Shown here piece after piece: positions 57,618 through 64,000 of a stretch of DNA of 64,000 nucleotides. The translations under genes were made by a program, and so were the position numbers. The notes below the pieces were generated by a model. It did no database searches. It was given only the letters and a program-made list of their open reading frames with translations, and was not told the origin of the DNA. Every line of letters starts with the position of its first letter. Position 1 is the first letter of the stretch. Source of the DNA: a virus; IMG/VR virus record IMGVR_UViG_3300007169_000025, positions 40,018-104,017 of that record, one strand, 5' to 3'.

Positions 57618-60471
57618 AAATATTAGAACATTGGAATCATTTTTAAAAGAATACGGTATGAGTGCAGGCCCTTCTACTCCGGTGTCTAGTCAGCAAACAG
57701 GCGCGATTACACCAAAGAGCTCGAGCCCAACTTCATCGGGATCTTCACCTAGTCCATCAACAGCTTCATCACCTTCACCTAGTAAAAAATCTACGCAGGC
57801 ACCTAAGCCCGATGATAACGACGATGAGTTGGTAATAATTCCAGCAACTAAAGCACCTATGGGTGCAGTAGTAACTAATCGCGACGGTGAAGATCAGGGT
57901 GTGGTAGTTTCTCCTGTAGGTAAGAAACCAAATGTTGATGCTGTTGTTATGCAAGACCCAAAGGGTGAATACACAATAGCTGATAAAAAAGATAAACTAA
58001 TTATTAGAAAACCAAAAGCTGCTGGCGCAGATGCAGCAGACAAGCAAGATAAAACAACCGTTGGCGGAATAGCTAAAGATATTAAAAACGCTGTAACAGG
58101 CAGTTTTGCAAAAGGCCAATCCGCTGCACAAGGCGTATGGAATTTTAATCCTATGAATAATTCAGTTGAGCCAAATCCAAGATTAAACAAATTAAACGAA
58201 TTTGAAAAACTGTCATTAGAAGAACAGTTAGAAATCCTGTCCACAGTCGATAAAGAAAAACTTGACGAGGCTTGGACTAAGAAATATAAAAAGTCAATTG
58301 ATTGTTCAAATCCTAAGGGATTTAGCCAGAAGGCTCACTGTGCAGGTCGCAAAGCTCGACAAGCAGGACAGGACACTTCAAGTTCTAGTGTATCAGAAGA
58401 TGATATGTTTGGTAGACATTTGCTGAGACGCGGCGCTTACAGAGCAGCATTAAAAGCATTAGCAGAAGTACTGGCAAGAAAAGAAGAACCACGCAAACAC
58501 GGCATTGAATATTATGCTGCCCGCATTGCAAAAAGTTACGAAGGTGTAGACGCTAAAGAGCTAGCAAACATGTATAATGATCTAGTTAATGAATCAGGGT
58601 CATTAGATGAAAATTTACGTCAGTGGTTTAAAGATAAATGGGTACGATTTGGACCCGACGGTAAGATTCGCGGCGATTGCGCCCGCGGTGATGACAGCGA
58701 AGGTAAGCCAAAATGCTTGCCACAAAGTCAAGCACATGCACTAGGCAAGAAAGGCCGCGCTAGTGCTGCTCGCCGTAAGCGTAGAGAGGATCCGAATCCA
58801 GAACGTAAAGGTGCAGCAAAGAACGTTGCTACGAAAAAAGAAAGCGTAGCAGAGTATACAGATATTCCATTCAACACTTGTCCTAGTTGCGGTGGCAGCA
58901 TTGTGCATGAGTCACAGTTGAACGAAAAGCAAGACGCTTGCTACCATAAAGTTAAGGCTCGCTACAAAGTATGGCCCAGTGCATACGCTAGTGGCGCACT
59001 GGTTCAGTGCCGTAAGAAAGGTGCTAAGAACTGGGGTAAGAGCAAAAAGGAAAGTGTAGGCGAAGGTTATGGTCGCTACTGGTGCAGCACTGATAAGAAG
59101 TGGAAGGAACGTCAGGGCCCTAAGCAGAAACGTAAAGTTTCAGAAGGAGTACTAAATGACAGCGTGCCAGATAATAGTGTTGTAACAGTTATCAATAAAT
59201 TATTAAGTAAGCCTTTCCCTGCTAGCGATATTAAAGGTCAGATGGATGCATTCTTTGCTATTCCTGATCCTAGAATGATTAAAGATTTCCGTCAAGTGAG
59301 AGCATCACAGGGAGATAAAGCCTGTTTAAGACCAGTACTTCGTAAGTATGTGAAGGACATGCATCCTTCAATACAGAAACAAATTAATTTACGAGAAAGC
59401 GTATTAAATGAATACGGAAGTCTTGATGCAGCCAAGCAGGAAATTATTCAAGCTGTTAACAGTATTGATACTGCTCCACAGGATGCAGAGATTGCTAAAA
59501 AGAACGCAGATCTTTTGGATAAGATTTATACAATTTTAAATAAAAATAATGTAACAGATCGCATCAGTGCAGTATTACCGGATGTTCTTAAAGGCGAGTA
59601 TGGTAAGGATTGGGTAGTAGATATTGCACAGGCTCTTTCAAATGCACCTATTACATATCAAGAGAAAGCAAAACTTGCCGATAATTTGGCCAACGACAAG
59701 GTAATTGACGCATCAATATTAATCAGCCCAGGTATCTATACTGTGGATCAGTTTACCTTTGGCGACCCGATCAATAGAAAAGTTCTAGATCACATGAAGT
59801 CATTTGGTGTAGGCAAGCTAATGAAAGGCCCACTAGAACATGCACTGGCAATTCTAAGCAAGGAAATTAGTATTGCAGGTAAAGGTGACGTTACTGTTGC
59901 TGGCGAACCAGTAGAAGTTAAAGCAGCTATTGGTGAGAAGGCAGGCAGCGGCGGCGGCCGCTTTGGCGAAACAGGGAGTTTACCCAGCAAGGAACAAATT
60001 TTAAAAATTATCAATAGCTACGAGCAATTGGCCCCACTGGTAGACAATTATCGAAAAACTGGCGGGAAAGGCGGAGGCGCACAAGACTCTGTGAATATCA
60101 GCGTATTTGTATCATTGGTCAATGCTGCAAACTTAGATCCACAGACCAGAGCAGAGCTGGGCAATAAACTATTTGGTACTATCTTTGGTGCTGAAGCAAA
60201 GCCTGTGATTGATGCATTCAATAAGCCAAATGCTGATCCAGATGAAGTACGCAAAGCATATATTGTGAGTAATTTCAACTGGTATAAGAACAGCGATATG
60301 GGCGGCGAATGGAAATATCTAGCTGCTATTAGCTTAGTTGACAACAGTATCGGTGTTGTTGGTACCGGTGAGGATTTATTGCGAATTAGTGCTTATAAGA
60401 AAAACCCAGCTATCATTACTACAAATAAACCGCAGGAAATGTTATATCAGTTTAATCCTAAAGCAATGTAA
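57607..60471 (+). CDS. Large mosaic putative head polyprotein: short Cys/Lys-rich modules and C-terminal PD-(D/E)XK nuclease-like domain
   Basis: Modules each begin after LDE/LNE/VxE; GPLEHAL...KGDVTVAGEPVEVKA. Confidence 0.6.
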   Translation: MKFKNIRTLESFLKEYGMSAGPSTPVSSQQTGAITPKSSSPTSSGSSPSPSTASSPSPSKKSTQAPKPDDNDDELVIIPATKAPMGAVVTNRDGEDQGVVVSPVGKKPNVDAVVMQDPKGEYTIADKKDKLIIRKPKAAGADAADKQDKTTVGGIAKDIKNAVTGSFAKGQSAAQGVWNFNPMNNSVEPNPRLNKLNEFEKLSLEEQLEILSTVDKEKLDEAWTKKYKKSIDCSNPKGFSQKAHCAGRKARQAGQDTSSSSVSEDDMFGRHLLRRGAYRAALKALAEVLARKEEPRKHGIEYYAARIAKSYEGVDAKELANMYNDLVNESGSLDENLRQWFKDKWVRFGPDGKIRGDCARGDDSEGKPKCLPQSQAHALGKKGRASAARRKRREDPNPERKGAAKNVATKKESVAEYTDIPFNTCPSCGGSIVHESQLNEKQDACYHKVKARYKVWPSAYASGALVQCRKKGAKNWGKSKKESVGEGYGRYWCSTDKKWKERQGPKQKRKVSEGVLNDSVPDNSVVTVINKLLSKPFPASDIKGQMDAFFAIPDPRMIKDFRQVRASQGDKACLRPVLRKYVKDMHPSIQKQINLRESVLNEYGSLDAAKQEIIQAVNSIDTAPQDAEIAKKNADLLDKIYTILNKNNVTDRISAVLPDVLKGEYGKDWVVDIAQALSNAPITYQEKAKLADNLANDKVIDASILISPGIYTVDQFTFGDPINRKVLDHMKSFGVGKLMKGPLEHALAILSKEISIAGKGDVTVAGEPVEVKAAIGEKAGSGGGRFGETGSLPSKEQILKIINSYEQLAPLVDNYRKTGGKGGGAQDSVNISVFVSLVNAANLDPQTRAELGNKLFGTIFGAEAKPVIDAFNKPNADPDEVRKAYIVSNFNWYKNSDMGGEWKYLAAISLVDNSIGVVGTGEDLLRISAYKKNPAIITTNKPQEMLYQFNPKAM

Positions 60472-60477
60472 TATGAT

Positions 60478-61383
60478 ATGGCTGAAAAATTCTATATAGA
60501 TGATATTGCTTACCACCCAACATTTAATTGCAACCTAAGTTGTAGAGGCTGTGTTAATTATTCAAATCATTTAGAAACTAGGCAAATCCCTGACGAATCT
60601 AACTGGGAACGCGATCTAGATATATTATTTGAAAGATTTGATGTCAGACATATTGAGATAGCAGGTGGGGAAACATTAATGTTCCCCCACTTACAGCAAG
60701 TATTAGCAAAATTAACTCCTGTAAAATCGTATACAGTCACAACTAACGGCCTATTGCTACATAAAAATATGTGGCTCAAAGATCTTCTTGATTCAGATAG
60801 CAGGCTTAGAATAATTATAAGTGTTCATGGCCATCCTATGCTAGAATCAATTTATATAAAAAATTTATGTGAGAGTGTGGGCAAATTTATAGGTATATCG
60901 CCAGATAAGTTTAAACGAAATCTGAGACAACACTTTGTAACTAATACAGGCCCAAACACTCTTAACTTATTTAAAATTTATAACGATCGTATTATAGTTA
61001 AAAATCAGCATAAGGGTTCATGGCATTATCCACTAATGGATGAAAACGAGTTACCGGTACAGTTTAATAATTCTAAAGAAGATGCATATAGCAAATGTAT
61101 TTGTCCCGGGATGCACATAAAAAATGGTAAGATATATAAATGCCCTATGACAGCAATGTTACCTAGCGTCCTCGATGTAAAGAACATATATGATAAAAAA
61201 TGGCAGTATATCAGGGACTATAAGCCTTATAATCTATTAGAAGAACATAATTCTTCAGATTGGGAACGACTACCACAGCCAGAAGATGTTTGTACTAAAT
61301 GCCCATATGCTGATCATGAATGGGATAGAAACAAAACAGATCTTCATAGTAAAATTGTGTTTGGTGATTCTGTGTTAAAGTGA
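60478..61383 (+). CDS. Radical SAM protein with C-terminal Cys cluster
   Basis: CNLSCRGC, AGGE, TTNG; C..G.IYKC ... C.KC. Confidence 0.88.
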   Translation: MAEKFYIDDIAYHPTFNCNLSCRGCVNYSNHLETRQIPDESNWERDLDILFERFDVRHIEIAGGETLMFPHLQQVLAKLTPVKSYTVTTNGLLLHKNMWLKDLLDSDSRLRIIISVHGHPMLESIYIKNLCESVGKFIGISPDKFKRNLRQHFVTNTGPNTLNLFKIYNDRIIVKNQHKGSWHYPLMDENELPVQFNNSKEDAYSKCICPGMHIKNGKIYKCPMTAMLPSVLDVKNIYDKKWQYIRDYKPYNLLEEHNSSDWERLPQPEDVCTKCPYADHEWDRNKTDLHSKIVFGDSVLK

Positions 61384-61418
61384 TAAATACTAAAAAGCTA
61401 ATTTAACACGAGATTACC

Positions 61419-63998
61419 ATGCGATTTTTAGATCTACAAGAAGGCCCTAACGACCCAGGTATTTTTAAAGCAATATTTCTTGCTGGAGGACCTGGTAGCG
61501 GTAAAAGCTATGTAGCTAGTCAATTAGGTTTAGTAAGCCGCGGCCTTAAGGTAGTTAACAGCGACGATGCCTTTGAATATCTAATGCGTAAGCGTAATTT
61601 AAGTTTTAAAATGCCGCCTGAAGAGCAACCAGAGCGCGATCTTGCTCGTCAGCGAGCCAAAGAACTTACTGGTAAGAAGCAAGATACATATTTAGATGGC
61701 CGTTTAGGGTTGATCATTGATGGTACAGCTAAAGATGTTACTAAAATGGCCAATCTTAAAACAGAGCTTGAAGCTATTGGCTATCAAACCATGATGGTAT
61801 TTGTTAATACTAATTTAAAAACTGCTCTTGCTCGTAATCTACAGCGTGATCGAAAAGTTCCTGCAGAAATAGTTGTAAAATCACACAAGCAGGTTCAGGA
61901 TAATAAGGATCTATTAGCTAGTGTATTTGATCCAAATTTTGTTGAAATTTATAATGATGATAACCCAAACTTTAATACTCCTCTAAAACGAGTTGATAAA
62001 TTCCTTGACGCACCTTTAACTCCTGCTGCACGAGATTGGGTAAGCAAGGCACAGTTACAAAAATCTGTTGCACAAGAGGATACTTCTAATAGTACTAAGG
62101 TCATTTATCGTTTAGACAAAGAAGCGCCAATGGACGACACAGAAGTGCTGGTATTAGGCGGTGCTGGCCGATATACACTTGCTGGTCTTAGAAATAAAGC
62201 CCGTAAGGAAGCAGAAGCATTAGCAAAAGATCTAGAAGTAGAGCATGGCGGTGCTTTCCGTAAGTCAGCATATAATGTTAAACAATTATCCAATACCCTG
62301 AATACAGTAGTAGCGGCCTACGATGAATTAAACAGTATTCGCAAAGGTGGTGGAAGTCGCAGCAAAGGCATACGCAATGAAGATGTAGAACATAAACCAA
62401 AAGTTTATGTAGACATGGACGGTGTGTTAGCCAACTTCTATGCAGGCGTTACCGCAGCCACAGGACATGCTGAACCACGAGAACTTGCGTTACAAGACAT
62501 GGAAGATACAATGGCATCATTTGCTGGTACAGACTTCTTCTATAAACTGCCCAAGTATGAACAAGCAGATCAACTTATTGCAATGGTCAACAAAATGACC
62601 AACGGTGATTGGTATATTTTAAGTTCGCCACTAAAGTATGATCGTGAGGGTAGTGCTAAGTGGAAAGCAGCCTGGGTAAAGAAGTATTTGAATATTCAAC
62701 CTAAAGGTATGCACTTCACAGGAGATAAGGCACAGTTTGCTACACAGCCAGATGGCACACCTAACATCTTAATTGATGATTATCCTAAGTATCTAAGCAG
62801 TTGGACTGAAAAAGGCGGCATTGGTGTAAAGTATAAAGGACATGTGGGTAACATTGAAGATGTTAAAGCAACATTGGACAAATATTTAGACACCGGAGTC
62901 AAAGAAGAAAATAAACCAAGAACAGCAAAAGCATTAATATATCAAACCGATATGTATGGTGCTAAAGGTTACTATGGCCAATGCAAAGAACCTGGTTGCG
63001 ACTATAAAACAAGAACATATGATAGAGCAGCACAAGCACAGAATGCTATCAAGAAACATCACCGAGACCATTTTAAAGATGTAGAGGAAACTATCCGCAA
63101 AGTCAAAGGCGGTTATAGATTAGTAAGCAAGAAGGGTAAAAATTTAGGCACATATCCTAGCAAAGCTGGCGCCGAGAAGCGTGAGCGTCAAGTTCAATAC
63201 TTTAAGCACATGGGCGAACAGGGTCGTTCAACCGCAGTTGAGCCTGACCCAAAAGGTTATCAACATTCACTGTTAACCGCTCCACAAAATACTCTAGTTG
63301 TAGACAAATCTGACGATATGGATTTTTATAAGCTAGGTCAGCACTATACAAGTTTAGCAAATTATGATCCGCATGAGTTGGGCGTTGGCCCCTCGGATAT
63401 GACTATCACATTTGCTTCACCTGAAGAAATGGAACGCATGAAAGCTGTGTTTGATAAGTTAGGTGTAAAGTACAAGGACATTTCCGGTAGTCATGAAGAG
63501 CCAGAAATTCATACAAAAGAAACAAAGAAGCCTGGCAGATTGTTTAGTGCATTGAGTGAGATAGCAGACAGTCCTTATGATTATGTACAAAATGTAAAGA
63601 CACCCGATAAGCGTGCTTATCGCTTTCAGACAGATGCAGGACAGTTGTACAGAGTACAAGTGTTCAATCGTAGAAAAGACGATGCTAACAAGTTAGAAAT
63701 ACATTTTGATTTAACTGACATGAAAACCGGCAAGCCAGAAACTGGCGTAACAGGAACCGGTGATGCAGTTCGTGTGTTTAGTACAGTGGCTAACATTCTA
63801 CAGAAAGAAGTAGCAAGTCAAGACCCCACAGGTGTAATTATCGCTAGTAAAGCAGATGATGAGAGTAGAGTGAAACTTTATAGAACACTAGCACGCCGCG
63901 CTACAAAGCTGATGCCGGACTACGAAATTGCCGGAGAAAACTCTGTTACAGGTGCCGACGGTAATCCATACCTAACCATAGAGTTAGCAAAGAAATGA
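61419..63998 (+). CDS. Multidomain putative head polyprotein: P-loop kinase + HAD 5'(3')-nucleotidase + Zn-finger + further modules
   Basis: FLAGGPGSGKS, VNSDD, IIDGT; VYVDMDGVL...LIDD; CKEPGC...H..H; late promoter 61382-61389; stop TGA 63996-63998 overlaps next ATG. Confidence 0.8.
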   Translation: MRFLDLQEGPNDPGIFKAIFLAGGPGSGKSYVASQLGLVSRGLKVVNSDDAFEYLMRKRNLSFKMPPEEQPERDLARQRAKELTGKKQDTYLDGRLGLIIDGTAKDVTKMANLKTELEAIGYQTMMVFVNTNLKTALARNLQRDRKVPAEIVVKSHKQVQDNKDLLASVFDPNFVEIYNDDNPNFNTPLKRVDKFLDAPLTPAARDWVSKAQLQKSVAQEDTSNSTKVIYRLDKEAPMDDTEVLVLGGAGRYTLAGLRNKARKEAEALAKDLEVEHGGAFRKSAYNVKQLSNTLNTVVAAYDELNSIRKGGGSRSKGIRNEDVEHKPKVYVDMDGVLANFYAGVTAATGHAEPRELALQDMEDTMASFAGTDFFYKLPKYEQADQLIAMVNKMTNGDWYILSSPLKYDREGSAKWKAAWVKKYLNIQPKGMHFTGDKAQFATQPDGTPNILIDDYPKYLSSWTEKGGIGVKYKGHVGNIEDVKATLDKYLDTGVKEENKPRTAKALIYQTDMYGAKGYYGQCKEPGCDYKTRTYDRAAQAQNAIKKHHRDHFKDVEETIRKVKGGYRLVSKKGKNLGTYPSKAGAEKRERQVQYFKHMGEQGRSTAVEPDPKGYQHSLLTAPQNTLVVDKSDDMDFYKLGQHYTSLANYDPHELGVGPSDMTITFASPEEMERMKAVFDKLGVKYKDISGSHEEPEIHTKETKKPGRLFSALSEIADSPYDYVQNVKTPDKRAYRFQTDAGQLYRVQVFNRRKDDANKLEIHFDLTDMKTGKPETGVTGTGDAVRVFSTVANILQKEVASQDPTGVIIASKADDESRVKLYRTLARRATKLMPDYEIAGENSVTGADGNPYLTIELAKK

Positions 63999-64000
63999 AA

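Noticed and set aside
61419-62040. Zeta toxin-antitoxin module
   Set aside because: The kinase is zeta-like but fused in a late multidomain protein with no adjacent antitoxin-like gene

Overview
This window is a 64-kb segment of a large T4-like (myovirus, probably jumbo) phage genome. It uses the standard genetic code, is gene-dense and lies mostly on the + strand. Core genes: tail fibres, neck/tail completion (gp13/14/15-like), sheath, tube, gp4, terminase, gp32 SSB, UvsX/UvsY/UvsW, primase, gp41 helicase, ThyX, dNMP kinase and a 195-aa minimal DnaE-like polymerase. The accessory content has three main parts. (i) A late-promoter operon combines a curli-type secretion module (CsgF, CsgG, two curlin-repeat proteins) with a FecR protein and a CHASE2 adenylate cyclase. 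(ii) A five-gene tailoring cluster (PLP enzyme, amidinotransferase, 2OG-type oxygenase, NDP-sugar epimerase/dehydratase, B12 radical SAM) resembles aminoglycoside/guanidino-sugar chemistry. (iii) Several proteins have T4 capsid-targeting-like N-termini, and some look like bead-on-a-string polyproteins separated by (L/I/V)xE sites, carrying kinase, HAD phosphatase, nuclease and other modules next to ligase-like and nucleotidyltransferase genes. Regulatory signals visible in the sequence include (G/T)ATAA(A/G)TA late promoters (six sit exactly 5 nt before an ATG, implying leaderless mRNAs), sigma70-type early promoters, tandem IHF-consensus boxes, intrinsic terminators and a 14-bp 5'UTR/3'UTR complementarity around an early AAA ATPase. 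No tRNA, CRISPR array, intron or intein was recognised. All family assignments come from motif recognition by eye, not from database searches.
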